DNA from: Thermodesulfobacteriota bacterium
Lineage (GTDB): Bacteria > Desulfobacterota > GWC2-55-46
Assembly: GCA_046757705.1 (NCBI GenBank)
Contig: JBHHYT010000002.1
Location: 1 to 60,821 of the forward strand
Direction of reading: 5' to 3'
DNA: 60,821 nt
In this document: one piece after another, positions 17,488 through 26,269 of the stretch
Layout of the letters: the number at the start of each line of letters is the position of its first letter
Position numbering within the stretch: the first letter of the stretch is position 1
Notes under the pieces: model-generated
What the model was told of the DNA's origin: nothing
Databases searched by the model: none
The model's input: only the letters and a program-made list of their open reading frames with translations
Translations under genes and position numbers: made by a program

Positions 17488-17673
17488 GCGTGCGGTCTTT
17501 GCGTCGACGCGCCCGATATAAAAAAAGAGCAAGGCCTGATCCGTTCAGCCCTTGCTCGGCGCATGGATGTGCCGCCATTGAAAATGTAAGAAAAAGAAAA
17601 AACATATTTTTCTTTTTTGTATCCGAATAATTCATGGACGAATCATTCGGATTCCATAATGAGGAACACTTCT

Positions 17674-18369
17674 GTGAAGTTTGGAATACTGGTATTTCCC
17701 GGCTCCAACTGCGACCACGACTGCTACCACGTCGTAAAGCACGTCTTCGCCCAGGAGGCGCAGTACGTATGGCACAAGGAGACGAAGCTCGACGGCTTCG
17801 ACTGCCTGATACTGCCGGGCGGGTTCTCGTACGGGGACTATCTGCGCACTGGCTCCATAGCGCGCTTCTCCCCGGTGATGAACGAGGTCATGGGCTTCGC
17901 CGCAAAGGGCGGCCTCGTGCTCGGCATCTGCAACGGCTTCCAGATACTCACCGAGGCGGGCCTGCTCCCGGGCGTGCTGATGAGGAACAGGGACCTGAAG
18001 TTCATCTGCAAGCACACCACCCTGAGGGTCGAGAACAACGCGACGGCATTCACGAGCGCGTACGCCAAGGGACAGGTCGTTGACATACCCATAGCCAACG
18101 CCGACGGCAACTACTTCGCCGACGAGGCCACGATAAAGGCGCTCGAGGATGCCGGCAGGGTGGTCTTGCGCTACGCCGACGCCGGAGGCAACGCCTCGCC
18201 GCAGGCCAACCCCAACGGCTCGGTCTCCAACATCGCCGGCATCATAAACGAGGCGGGCAACGTCATGGGCATGATGCCACACCCGGAGAGGGCGAGCGAG
18301 GCGGAGCTCGGGTGCACCGACGGCAGGGGCGTCTTCGAGTCCATCATAAATTCGTTCGTCAACTCCTGA
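17674..18369 (+). CDS. purQ: FGAM synthase glutaminase subunit PurQ
   Basis: A GTG start gives [16 protein letters not shown] with GAGGA 8 nt upstream. An alternative ATG lies at 17659. Catalytic GICNGFQ and MPHPER motifs are present. Confidence 0.88.
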   Translation: MKFGILVFPGSNCDHDCYHVVKHVFAQEAQYVWHKETKLDGFDCLILPGGFSYGDYLRTGSIARFSPVMNEVMGFAAKGGLVLGICNGFQILTEAGLLPGVLMRNRDLKFICKHTTLRVENNATAFTSAYAKGQVVDIPIANADGNYFADEATIKALEDAGRVVLRYADAGGNASPQANPNGSVSNIAGIINEAGNVMGMMPHPERASEAELGCTDGRGVFESIINSFVNS

Positions 18370-18399
18370 GCGGAGCGGGCGCGAAACCTGACGGAGTGC

Positions 18400-18568
18400 C
18401 CCGCCGAAAGCACCAAGCCGTGAAATCGTACCAGTACGAGCCGCGCCCAGAGGTGCGGGGCGGACCAGCTGAAAAGGCCGCCCGCCGAAAGCACCAAGCC
18501 GTGAAATCGTACCAGGACGAGCCGCGCTCAGAGGTGCGGGGCGGACCAGCTGAAAAGGCCGCCCGCGC
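18400..18568. repeat. 81-bp tandem direct repeat, two full units (18400-18480 and 18481-18561, 2 mismatches) plus the first ~7 nt of a third
   Basis: Read directly. The unit is CCCGCCGAAAGCACCAAGCCGTGAAATCGTACCAG(T/G)ACGAGCCGCGC(C/T)CAGAGGTGCGGGGCGGACCAGCTGAAAAGGCCG. Each unit junction can form a GCGGGGCGG/CCGCCCGC stem. Confidence 0.85.
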
Positions 18569-18599
18569 GCGGCTTTAACATTTACGGAGCTTGAAGGAC

Positions 18600-19460
18600 A
18601 TGACATTAAAGGAAGAGCTTGACTCGGGGCGCTTCGTCATAACGGCGGAGATATGCCCCCCCAGGGGCACGGACACCACGGCGTTCCTCGAAAAGGCGCG
18701 CCTCCTGAAGGGCAGGATAGCGGCGGCCAACGTGACAGACAACCAGAGGGCGGTCATGAGGCTCTCTTCGCTCGCCTGCTCGGTGCTCCTTCTCAAGGAG
18801 GGCGTCGACCCGGTCTTCCAGATGACGTGCCGGGACAGAAACCGCCTCGCGCTCCAGTCCGACATCCTTGGCGCGTGGGTACTCGGCGTGCGCAACATAC
18901 TCGCGCTTACCGGCGACCACGTCGCCTTCGGGGACCACCGTGAGGCCAAGGCGGTCTTCGACATCGACTCCGTGCAGCTGGTCGACGTCATCAGCACGCT
19001 AAATGCCGGGCGGAACATGAAGGACAAGGAGCTGCGCGGCGCGACCGACTTCCTTATCGGCGCCGTGGTCGCGCCCGAGGCCAACCCGTGGGAGCCTGAG
19101 GGGATGAAGTTCCACAAGAAGATAAGCGCGGGCGCGCGCTTCTTCCAGACGCAGGCCATCTACGACATGGACAGGTTCAAGAGGTTCTTTGAGGAGGCCG
19201 AGCCCACGGGTGTCAGGGTCCTCGGCGGCATACTGCTCCTCAAGTCCGCGAAGATGGCGCACTACCTGAACAACAACGTGCCCGGCGTGCACGTGCCGCA
19301 GGGGCTCATAGACGAGCTCGAGGGCGCCACAGACCAGCTCGAGAAGGGCATCGAGATAGCCTCGCGCCAGCTCCGGGAGCTTCAGGGCTTTTGCCACGGC
19401 GCGCACATAATGGCCATCGGGCAGGAACAGAGCGTGGTGAAGATAATAGAAGGGGCCTGA
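18600..19460 (+). CDS. metF: Methylenetetrahydrofolate reductase (MetF family)
   Basis: FVITAEICPPRG, QMTCRDRNRLALQSDILGA and ILALTGDH motifs. The ATG at 18600 (Met4 of the track ORF, which starts on TTG) has GGAG 10 nt upstream. Confidence 0.8.
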   Translation: MTLKEELDSGRFVITAEICPPRGTDTTAFLEKARLLKGRIAAANVTDNQRAVMRLSSLACSVLLLKEGVDPVFQMTCRDRNRLALQSDILGAWVLGVRNILALTGDHVAFGDHREAKAVFDIDSVQLVDVISTLNAGRNMKDKELRGATDFLIGAVVAPEANPWEPEGMKFHKKISAGARFFQTQAIYDMDRFKRFFEEAEPTGVRVLGGILLLKSAKMAHYLNNNVPGVHVPQGLIDELEGATDQLEKGIEIASRQLRELQGFCHGAHIMAIGQEQSVVKIIEGA

Positions 19461-19503
19461 CCTTGGCGGCCCCGCCTGGCGGATTTTCCCTGGTCTTCAA
19501 TTC

Positions 19504-19535
19504 AAAAGCCCCCCTTTCCAGGGGGGGCTTTTCTG
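19504..19535 (+). terminator. Intrinsic terminator after metF (AAAAGCCCCCC-tttcca-GGGGGGGCTTTTCT)
   Basis: A 7-bp G/C stem followed by a T-tract, about 45 nt past the metF stop. Confidence 0.6.
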
Positions 19536-19587
19536 TTGGGTGAGGTCTACTCATTACGAAAAGCGCACTCCGCAAAAGTGGGTGGCA

Positions 19588-19608
19588 TCCCCCTTTCCCA
19601 AAGGGGGA
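19588..19608. repeat. GC hairpin TCCCCCTTT-ccc-AAAGGGGGA (same family as 8230-8252)
   Basis: Read directly. It translates to the same SPFPKGG peptide as the other copies. Confidence 0.55.
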
Positions 19609-19713
19609 CCGAGGGGGATTCGTAATCATCATTCCGGGCTGGCCGCTGGCCATGCAAGACCGGCCTCTTTTCTCAACGCCGTTTGCGCCCCTCCGGGCGC
19701 TTCCGGTGAATCA

Positions 19714-19876
19714 GGCGCGCTCACCCACCTCTTCCCAAAGCGCCGCTCGCTCTAATCCCCCGGTGTATTCTAAAAGACAAATACTTTTCATATCATTCTG
19801 AGGAGCCGAGACGACGAAGGATCCCTGCGCCTGCTGACCGCCAAAAAAGGAGATTCTTCACCCCTTTCGGAATGAC
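19714..19876. repeat. About 163-bp composite repeat, inverted copy of 7917-8079 (tail 19714-19792, long hairpin 19793-19876)
   Basis: Its reverse complement aligns with 7917-8079. The hairpin arms are TCATTCTGAGGAGCCGAGACGACGAAGGATCC / GGAGATTCTTCACCCCTTTCGGAATGAC. Confidence 0.75.
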
Positions 19877-19980
19877 GGGTGGTTCTAATATCCCCTTAAT
19901 CTCCCTTTAGATATAATGGGAACCATGAAGCAGGCAGAGGGCAATTAGAGTTAGAATTTTTTTTAGACAGGAGGACTGAA

Positions 19981-20070
19981 ATGACAAAGCTTGCAAAGAA
20001 CGAGATATTCGAGATAGCCGCCCACCTTTCGGTAGTCTTCGCCATCGTAGGAGCGGTTCTCGTCTCATAA
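19981..20070 (+). CDS. Possible 29-aa small membrane peptide (MTKLAKNEIFEIAAHLSVVFAIVGAVLVS)
   Basis: It is not in the ORF track because it is under 60 aa. AGGAGG lies 6 nt before the ATG, the C-terminal half is hydrophobic, and a strong terminator begins about 15 nt after the stop. Confidence 0.35.
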   Translation: MTKLAKNEIFEIAAHLSVVFAIVGAVLVS

Positions 20071-20082
20071 ATTTTTTCAATT

Positions 20083-20130
20083 AAAAAAACCGGAGCCGTG
20101 GTGGCCTTCAAGGCCGCCACGGCTTTTTGT
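20083..20130. terminator. Bidirectional intrinsic terminator (AAAAAAACCGGAG-CCGTGGTGGCC-ttcaa-GGCCGCCACGG-CTTTTTGT)
   Basis: An 11-bp stem flanked by an A-tract and a T-tract. It sits between the converging small ORF (+) and the V/A-ATPase subunit D gene (-). Confidence 0.7.
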
Positions 20131-20153
20131 CTTCCCACGACGGCCCTTCGGCC

Positions 20154-20792
20154 TCAGAAGGCCGCCTCGCCGGTGGCCTGCCTCATGGCCTTGTTGCGTT
20201 TAAGGCGGTATATCTCCTCGCGCTCCCTCTCCTCGAGCACCCGTTCTATCGACTTTATCTTCATCTTCATGTCCGGCAGGATGACCTCTGTTATGGCGTT
20301 GACCTTGCGGGTGTCCTGCTTTATCATCTCGCCGAGGCGCGAGAGCCGCACCTCCTTGGAGGCTATCCTGACCATCAGGTCTGCGGCGGTCTCGAAGTCG
20401 CGCGCCATATCCAGGACCTCCGGCCTCTCGCCCGCCGGGGAGACGTCGCGCGCCTCGAGCGTCCTTACGAGCGCGGTCTGCTCTATCTCCGGGACGAAGA
20501 CGCCCCAGATGTTCTTCACCCTGATATTAAGCGTCACGTCCCTCTTCGCGGCGTTGGCGAACGACTCGACCGCCACCCCGTTCAGGGCGCGCGCCTTCTG
20601 CAGGCCCCTCTGGGCGGTGAGCAGGAGCGCGGTCAGCCTCTCCCTCAGCTCGATGGACTCCTCCACTATGCCGAAGAACTCCTTCATGAGGGCCTCGCGC
20701 TTGCTCTTCAACAGCTCGAGCCCCTTGTCTATCACCTCGTACTGCTTCCTGAGGGCGAGGAAGCGGTCCCTCGTGGGGGCGCTCTTGTCCAT
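20154..20792 (-). CDS. atpD: V/A-type ATP synthase subunit D (central stalk)
   Basis: PTRDRFLALRKQYEVIDKGLELLKSKREALMKEF is a typical V-type D N-terminus. It is the last gene of the operon. Confidence 0.85.
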   Translation of the reverse strand: MDKSAPTRDRFLALRKQYEVIDKGLELLKSKREALMKEFFGIVEESIELRERLTALLLTAQRGLQKARALNGVAVESFANAAKRDVTLNIRVKNIWGVFVPEIEQTALVRTLEARDVSPAGERPEVLDMARDFETAADLMVRIASKEVRLSRLGEMIKQDTRKVNAITEVILPDMKMKIKSIERVLEEREREEIYRLKRNKAMRQATGEAAF

Positions 20793-20795
20793 TGC

Positions 20796-22154
20796 CTACC
20801 CCTTCCTCTTCGGCGGCGGGGCGGCGGGGCCGCCTTCGGGCGTCTTCTTCAGGAGCTCGGCGCCGAGGTTCAGCGTGTCCTCGATGCTCCGCTCCTCCCT
20901 GCCCTGTCCGATGAAGGTGCGCTCGAACTCGTCGGCAAAGGCGAGGTACGTCTTATCGAGCGCTGTAAGCCCCTCCTCCCCGACGATGGTCACGAGCCTC
21001 CTTACGTCTATGCCGTTGGCGTAGGCGGCATAGAGGGCGTCTGCGAGCTTGCGGTGCCCCTCCCTGGTCTTGCCCTTGCCGATGCCGAGGTTCATCAGGC
21101 GAGAGAGGCACGGGAGCGCGTCTATCGGCGGGAAGATGCCCTTGCGGTGCAGGGCGCGGCTCAGGACTATCTGCCCCTCCGTGATGTAGCCCGACAGGTC
21201 CGGTATCGGGTGCGTTATGTCGTCGTCCGGCATCGTGAGTATGGGCATGAGCGTTATAGAGCCTTTCCTGCCCTTGAGCCTGCCCGCCCTTTCGTAGATG
21301 CTCGCAAGGTCCGTGTACATGTACCCCGGGTAGCTGCGCCTGCCGGGAATCTCTTCTCTCGCGCTGCCTATCTCGCGGAGCGACTCACAGTACGAGGTCA
21401 TGTCCGTAAGGACGACCATCACATGGTACCCTTTCTCGAAGGCGAGGTACTCGGCGAGCGTCAGCGCTATCCTCGGGGTGAAGAGCCTCTCTATAGTCGG
21501 GTCGCTCACCTCGTTTATGAAGGCCACCGTCCGTTCCACGGCCCCCGTCTCCTGAAGCTCCCTCCTGAACAGGAAGGCCTCTCTGGAGGTGATGCCCATG
21601 GCGCCGAGTATGACGCAGAAGTCCTCCTCCTCGGAGACCTTCGCGAGGCGTACTATCTGGAGGGCAAGCTCGTTGGCCGGCAGCCCCGCACCGGAGAATA
21701 TCGGCAGCTTCTGGCCCCTGACCAGCGTATTAAGGCCGTCTATGGCGGATATCCCCGTCTGGATGAAGAAGTCCGGCTTCTCCCTCGACGCCGGGTTCAT
21801 GGGCAGGCCGTTTATGTCGAGGTGCCTCTCCGGGATGATGGAGGGCAGAGCGTCGATGGGCTTGCCGAAACCGTTGAATACGCGTCCGAAGACCTCGGTG
21901 GAGACACCGGCGCGCGCCGGGTGCCCTGTCGGCACCACCCCGGCCGTCTCGGAGTCTATGCCGCTGGTGCCCTGAAGGACCTGCACGACGGCGTTGTCCC
22001 CCATGAGCTGGAGTATCTGGCCCGTGCGCCTCTCCCCTCCGGGCATCCTTATGGCGCACATCTCCCCGAGCCCACCGCCCTTTATCCTCTCGACGAAGAC
22101 GAGCGGGCCGGTAATCGAGGTTATCGTCCTGTATTCCCTTGTGATGAAGTCCAT
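20796..22154 (-). CDS. atpB: V/A-type ATP synthase subunit B (non-catalytic)
   Basis: Start at Met10 ([22 protein letters not shown]) with GGGGAGAG upstream. The sequence is V-type B throughout, including [11 protein letters not shown] and [15 protein letters not shown]. Confidence 0.9.
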   Translation of the reverse strand: MDFITREYRTITSITGPLVFVERIKGGGLGEMCAIRMPGGERRTGQILQLMGDNAVVQVLQGTSGIDSETAGVVPTGHPARAGVSTEVFGRVFNGFGKPIDALPSIIPERHLDINGLPMNPASREKPDFFIQTGISAIDGLNTLVRGQKLPIFSGAGLPANELALQIVRLAKVSEEEDFCVILGAMGITSREAFLFRRELQETGAVERTVAFINEVSDPTIERLFTPRIALTLAEYLAFEKGYHVMVVLTDMTSYCESLREIGSAREEIPGRRSYPGYMYTDLASIYERAGRLKGRKGSITLMPILTMPDDDITHPIPDLSGYITEGQIVLSRALHRKGIFPPIDALPCLSRLMNLGIGKGKTREGHRKLADALYAAYANGIDVRRLVTIVGEEGLTALDKTYLAFADEFERTFIGQGREERSIEDTLNLGAELLKKTPEGGPAAPPPKRKG

Positions 22155-22223
22155 CTGTCTCTCCCCTGCGGGGTGGCACATACCGTCATTAAAAGAGAGC
22201 GCGGGGCCACAAGACGGGGCCCC

Positions 22224-23981
22224 TTACTTCTCCTCCATCGTGCTGAACTCGGTCTCTATCCTGTCGACAAGCTCTCTGGCGTGGGCCGCGAACCCCTCGC
22301 TCTCCACGTCCTGCATCTTCATGACGTTGTTCTTCAGAGGCGTGCCCATTACGGTGTCTATGTATACGCCCCGTTTGAGCGCCGCCTCCGCGCTGTCCAT
22401 GAACGCGAAGATCACCTTGAGCATCCCGTACTGCTTCTCGTAGGAGTTGAAGGAGTCCGCCGTGTTGAAGATGCTCTGTTTGAGGAACGCCTCGCGCGCG
22501 AGGTTGGCCACCTCGAGCGTGAGCCGGTCGGCCTCCTGAAGCGCCTCAACGCCTATTATCTGCACTATCTCCTTCAATTCGGTCTGGCGCTGCAGGAGCG
22601 TGAATATGCGCGTCCTCAGGCGCGTCATGTCCGGGGCGACCTCGGTGGAGAACCAGTCGGCGAGCTCGGACTGGTAGAGCGTGAAGCTGGAGAGCCAGTT
22701 CACAGCAGGGAAGTGCCTCCTGTAGGCGAGGTCAGGGTCGAGCGCCCAGAGCGCCCCGGCGTACCTAAGGGACGCCTGCGTGACAGGCTCGGAGAAGTCC
22801 CCGCCCGGAGGGGAGACGGCGCTTATGACCGTAACGGAGCCGACCCTGTCCTCGGAGCCGAGGCAGACGACCTTGCCGCTGCGCTCGTAGAAGGAGCCGA
22901 GCTGGGTGGAGAGGTACGGGGGGAAGCCCTCCTCTCCGGGCATCTCCTCGAGGCGCGAGGATATCTCCCTGAGCGCCTCGGCCCACCTCGATATCGAGTC
23001 CGAGAGGAGCGCCACATTGTAGCCCATGTCCCTGTAGTACTCGGCGATGGTGACCCCGGTGAATATCGACGCCTCCCGCGCGGCCACCGGCATGTTCGAG
23101 GTGTTCACTATGATGACGGTCCGAAGGCTCAGGGGCAGGCCGGTGGCCGGGTCGTTGAGCTTGGGGAAATCCGTCAGCACCTCAGACATCTCGTTGCCGC
23201 GCTCCCCGCAGCCGACGTAGATGACTATGTCGCAGAGGGCGAACTTGGCTATGGTCTGCTCCACGACCGTCTTGCCCGTGCCGAAGCCCCCCGGCACGAT
23301 GGCCGTGCCGCCCACGGCGACCGGCAGCAGGGTGTCGAAGACCCTCTGCCCGGTTATGAACGGCGTGCGCGGCGGCAACTTCCTCTTGTACGGCCTCGGC
23401 TTCCTTACCGGCCACTCCGTGTAAAGGCCGATCTCCGTGCCGTCCGAGAGGACGCAGACCGGCGCCTTGCCCGAGGCCTTGCCGGAGCTTATCTCCACGA
23501 CGGTGCCTCTGGCGCCCGCGGGCGCCATTATCCTGTGCACGATCCGCTCGGTCTCCATGACCGTGCCGACGACGTCCCCGCCCTCGACCGCGTCCCCCTT
23601 CTTCTTCGCGGGTGTGAACTCCCAGGGCCTGTCCATGTCGAGGGCACTGGCCTTGAAGCCCTTCTCTATCCAGTCCACACCCGACTCCCTCATCTTCTGA
23701 AGGGGCCTCTGGATGCCGTCGAATATGTTGGTCAGCAGCCCCGGGCCAAGCGTCACGCCAAGGGGCTTCGCGTAGCTTACGACCTCTTCGCCGACCGAAA
23801 GGCCGCCGGTGTTCTCGTAGACCTGAAGCGTCGCGCGGTCGTCCTTTATGCGGATGATCTCGCCGAGCAGCCCGTCCTTGCCCACGAGGCAGACGGTGTT
23901 CATCGTCGAGCCCGCCATCCCGGAGGCGACCACCGTCGGGCCGGCCACGCCGTATATCTTCCCTCTCGTCTCCTTCGCCAT
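22224..23981 (-). CDS. atpA: V/A-type ATP synthase subunit A (catalytic)
   Basis: Walker A motif GGFGTGKTV, the characteristic non-homologous insert of V/A-type A subunits, and CGERGNEM. Confidence 0.92.
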   Translation of the reverse strand: MAKETRGKIYGVAGPTVVASGMAGSTMNTVCLVGKDGLLGEIIRIKDDRATLQVYENTGGLSVGEEVVSYAKPLGVTLGPGLLTNIFDGIQRPLQKMRESGVDWIEKGFKASALDMDRPWEFTPAKKKGDAVEGGDVVGTVMETERIVHRIMAPAGARGTVVEISSGKASGKAPVCVLSDGTEIGLYTEWPVRKPRPYKRKLPPRTPFITGQRVFDTLLPVAVGGTAIVPGGFGTGKTVVEQTIAKFALCDIVIYVGCGERGNEMSEVLTDFPKLNDPATGLPLSLRTVIIVNTSNMPVAAREASIFTGVTIAEYYRDMGYNVALLSDSISRWAEALREISSRLEEMPGEEGFPPYLSTQLGSFYERSGKVVCLGSEDRVGSVTVISAVSPPGGDFSEPVTQASLRYAGALWALDPDLAYRRHFPAVNWLSSFTLYQSELADWFSTEVAPDMTRLRTRIFTLLQRQTELKEIVQIIGVEALQEADRLTLEVANLAREAFLKQSIFNTADSFNSYEKQYGMLKVIFAFMDSAEAALKRGVYIDTVMGTPLKNNVMKMQDVESEGFAAHARELVDRIETEFSTMEEK

Positions 23982-23990
23982 CCGCCCCTC

Positions 23991-24320
23991 TTACCTCTTT
24001 ATCTTTATCTGGTAGCCTATGGCGCGCCGTATGAGCCTGACCACCGGGCTCTCCTCGCCCGCGGCCGGGCCCCAGCTCTGAGGCACGTTTATGGGCAGTA
24101 TGATGGGCAGCGGCTTCTTCTTCAGCCTCTTCATCACGCTCTCGGAGGCGCGCCTGTAAAACCTGTCCTCTATGACGACGAGCCCGTACTTCCCCTCGGC
24201 CTGTATGGAGAGGAGCATGGAGGAGACGTCGGCGCCGGGGCCGGCCTCCCTGCACTCGAGACCGGCGCACCTGAAACCGAGCGAGTCCCCGGGGGCCGTT
24301 ATGACGAGAAGTTCGGGCAT
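23991..24320 (-). CDS. atpF: V/A-type ATP synthase subunit F
   Basis: 109 aa. LLVITAPGDSLGFRCAGLE...GLVVIEDRF. Position is between C and A. Confidence 0.75.
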   Translation of the reverse strand: MPELLVITAPGDSLGFRCAGLECREAGPGADVSSMLLSIQAEGKYGLVVIEDRFYRRASESVMKRLKKKPLPIILPINVPQSWGPAAGEESPVVRLIRRAIGYQIKIKR

Positions 24321-24377
24321 CTTTCAATCAATCCTTTTTTACCCGCCGCTTGCGGCGGGGCGGTTATAACGCCTTCA

Positions 24378-25427
24378 TTAAAGCGGATATACGAGCAGCT
24401 CCGCCACCTCGTCCTCCGGGATGGAGAAGGCCGCGGCCCTCTCCATCAGGCGCAGGTTCTTCACCTCCCTGACCTTCATGGAGATAAAAGCGGCCGCCAC
24501 GGCGATGCCGAGCGGCTCGGTCACCGAAAGCCTTCTGAGCCTTCTCTCCGCCAGCGCATCGAGGTCCCCCTCCAGGCGGGATACCCGTGCGGGGTCGGTC
24601 CCGGCTATGAGCCCGGCAACGCCGGTGTCCCTTATGGAAGAGGCGAGCTTCGCAAGAAGCTCGCCTCTCTGCTTCACCCCCGAGAGTGCGAGGAAGGTAT
24701 CTCTGACGAGCATCCGGCCACCGTCGATGAAGAGTTCGGAGGCGCCCTCCTGCGAGTACCCCTGCCCCGCTATGTTTATGAGCGTGACGACGTTGCGTAT
24801 GTCTATGCGGAAGACGAGGACGTCCCTTATCGTCCGGGCGGCCCGCGAGCGCCCGAGGCGCGCAAGGGGTGCGCCGTAGGCGAATTGGTCGAGCTTTATC
24901 TCCATGGTGGCCAGGCTGCCCTTCCTCAAAAACTCCGCCATACCCTGCCTGACGGGAGCGGCCCACGGGCTTGCCCACGTCTCGAGGAACCGGAGCAAGT
25001 CCGGCACGTCCTTTGCCCCGAGGAGCGTATTGAGCGGCGCCCTGCCGAGCCCGCCCGCCGGGATGAGCGCCCTACGCACCTCTTCGCGCCCGACGCCGCG
25101 GGCGATGCCGCGTATGACGGTCTTCAGGTTGTAGGCCTCTATCGTGGAGTTGAGCGCTCCGAGCAGGGTGAGCGCCGCCCCGGGCGCGTTCTTCCCGATG
25201 CGGGCGAAGGAGTCGGCGAGGCTGTCCGTAAGCGCGGCGGAGACGATATCCTCCGTCCTCTCGTAGCGCGCGCCCGCCACCTCCAGGTAAGGGCCGTATA
25301 CCGTGGACCTGAGGCGCTCGACGTAGCGGGCGCCCCCCTCCAAACCGAAAAAAGGCGCGTAATCGGGCTTTCTCAGCAGCCGTCCCGTCCAAGCGCGCAC
25401 CCGCGCGTTGAAGTAACTGAGGTCCAT
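24378..25427 (-). CDS. atpC: V/A-type ATP synthase subunit C (eukaryotic d homolog)
   Basis: 349 aa, helical. The N-terminus LSYFNARVRAWTGRLL and the operon position are typical of subunit C. Confidence 0.8.
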   Translation of the reverse strand: MDLSYFNARVRAWTGRLLRKPDYAPFFGLEGGARYVERLRSTVYGPYLEVAGARYERTEDIVSAALTDSLADSFARIGKNAPGAALTLLGALNSTIEAYNLKTVIRGIARGVGREEVRRALIPAGGLGRAPLNTLLGAKDVPDLLRFLETWASPWAAPVRQGMAEFLRKGSLATMEIKLDQFAYGAPLARLGRSRAARTIRDVLVFRIDIRNVVTLINIAGQGYSQEGASELFIDGGRMLVRDTFLALSGVKQRGELLAKLASSIRDTGVAGLIAGTDPARVSRLEGDLDALAERRLRRLSVTEPLGIAVAAAFISMKVREVKNLRLMERAAAFSIPEDEVAELLVYPL

Positions 25428-25428
25428 C

Positions 25429-26016
25429 TCACCCCCGTCCCAGCAGTATGCCGTCTATCATGGAGACAAGGGTGTCCCGGGTCTTCTTGATCCTCGAAGA
25501 GACGGTGTTCTCGTACCTCAACCGCCCGTCGTCCGAGACGAAGACGACGCCGAGAGAGACCCCCTCATCCGGCCTGAACTCCACGCCGCTGAACGAGACG
25601 AGCCCGGCGTCTTTCGGGTTTATGAGCACCGCGTGCGCCGAGGGCTCCTTCGCCCCGAACCAGTCCTTCTTGAGCTCTTCGTAGAGGCGGCCGAGAAGCC
25701 GGGCGTACTGCTCGGGAGGGAGTCCTTCCACCCTCTCGGTCACCCGTCTGAAGACCTCCTCGGCCATCTCGTGCCTGACGGAGAGCCTCTGTCCGGCCAC
25801 CTTCATGCGCGCGCTGTTGACGGCGGAAGCGGCCTTCCTGTCCAGGGCCTCGGCAAGGGCGGCCGTCCTGTGGCGGCGCTCCTGCCCGGCATCTTCCTGC
25901 GCGGCCGCCATCATCTCGGCGGCCGCCTCGCCCGCCTCCTTGAGCATACGCTCGGTCTGCTCCCGCGCGTCCTGCTCTATCGCTTTAAGAAGCGCGTCCT
26001 CGACCATGGCCGGCAC
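25429..26016 (-). CDS. atpE: V/A-type ATP synthase subunit E (peripheral stalk)
   Basis: 195 aa. A long charged N-terminal helix (IEQDAREQTERMLKEAGEAAAEMMAAAQED) is followed by a globular C-terminus. Confidence 0.75.
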   Translation of the reverse strand: MPAMVEDALLKAIEQDAREQTERMLKEAGEAAAEMMAAAQEDAGQERRHRTAALAEALDRKAASAVNSARMKVAGQRLSVRHEMAEEVFRRVTERVEGLPPEQYARLLGRLYEELKKDWFGAKEPSAHAVLINPKDAGLVSFSGVEFRPDEGVSLGVVFVSDDGRLRYENTVSSRIKKTRDTLVSMIDGILLGRG

Positions 26017-26226
26017 CTAACTTATTATAAGGTAGGCGACGACGAACCCGAGGAGCACCATCGTCTCCGGGATTGCGACGAGAATTATCACGATGCCCGA
26101 AAGCTCCGGCTTCTCGGCGAGCGCCCCGCTGCCGGCGGCCCCTATCCTGCTCTGCGCCCACGCCGTAGCGAGCGCCGGGATGCCCACCGCCAGCGCCGCC
26201 GCGAGCGCTATTATCGCCTTTTCCAT
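26017..26226 (-). CDS. atpK: V/A-type ATP synthase proteolipid subunit K (c), single-hairpin 69-aa form
   Basis: The start at Met9 (MEKAII) is preceded by AGGAGGTG 5 nt upstream. Two TM helices are present, with AQSRIGAAGSGALAE and the carboxylate motif IPETMV. Confidence 0.85.
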   Translation of the reverse strand: MEKAIIALAAALAVGIPALATAWAQSRIGAAGSGALAEKPELSGIVIILVAIPETMVLLGFVVAYLIIS

Positions 26227-26269
26227 ACCCACCTCCTGAGACTGATTCATGATTTAGGCCCGCAGGCCG

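Noticed and set aside
18400-18568. The possibility that the 81-bp repeats are a CRISPR array.
   Set aside because: The units are directly abutting with no unique spacers, there are only about 2 copies, the unit is far longer than CRISPR repeats, and no cas genes are in the window.
19896-20138. An 80-aa minus-strand ORF across the 19.9-20.1 kb spacer.
   Set aside because: It runs through a repeat-rich AT patch and the bidirectional terminator stem. It has no RBS and is antisense to the better-supported 29-codon ORF.
20127-25490. A 1787-aa ORF on the plus strand spanning 5.4 kb.
   Set aside because: It is exactly codon-aligned antisense to five consecutive V/A-ATPase genes (D, B, A, F, C), whose stop coordinates are all congruent mod 3. 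In that register, stops arise only from the sense codons TTA/CTA/TCA, which this GC-rich genome almost never uses. The predicted protein is Arg/Gly/Leu/Glu/His/Pro-rich with no recognisable motif, whereas the sense-strand proteins are unmistakable. It is a shadow ORF.
26017-26226. A Na+-binding signature (Q...ET) in the proteolipid, which would suggest a Na+-translocating V/A-ATPase.
   Set aside because: As I recall it, the proton-coupled Thermus thermophilus c/L subunit has the same AQ.RIGAAG...PET pattern. The motif is therefore not diagnostic, and ion specificity cannot be called from this.
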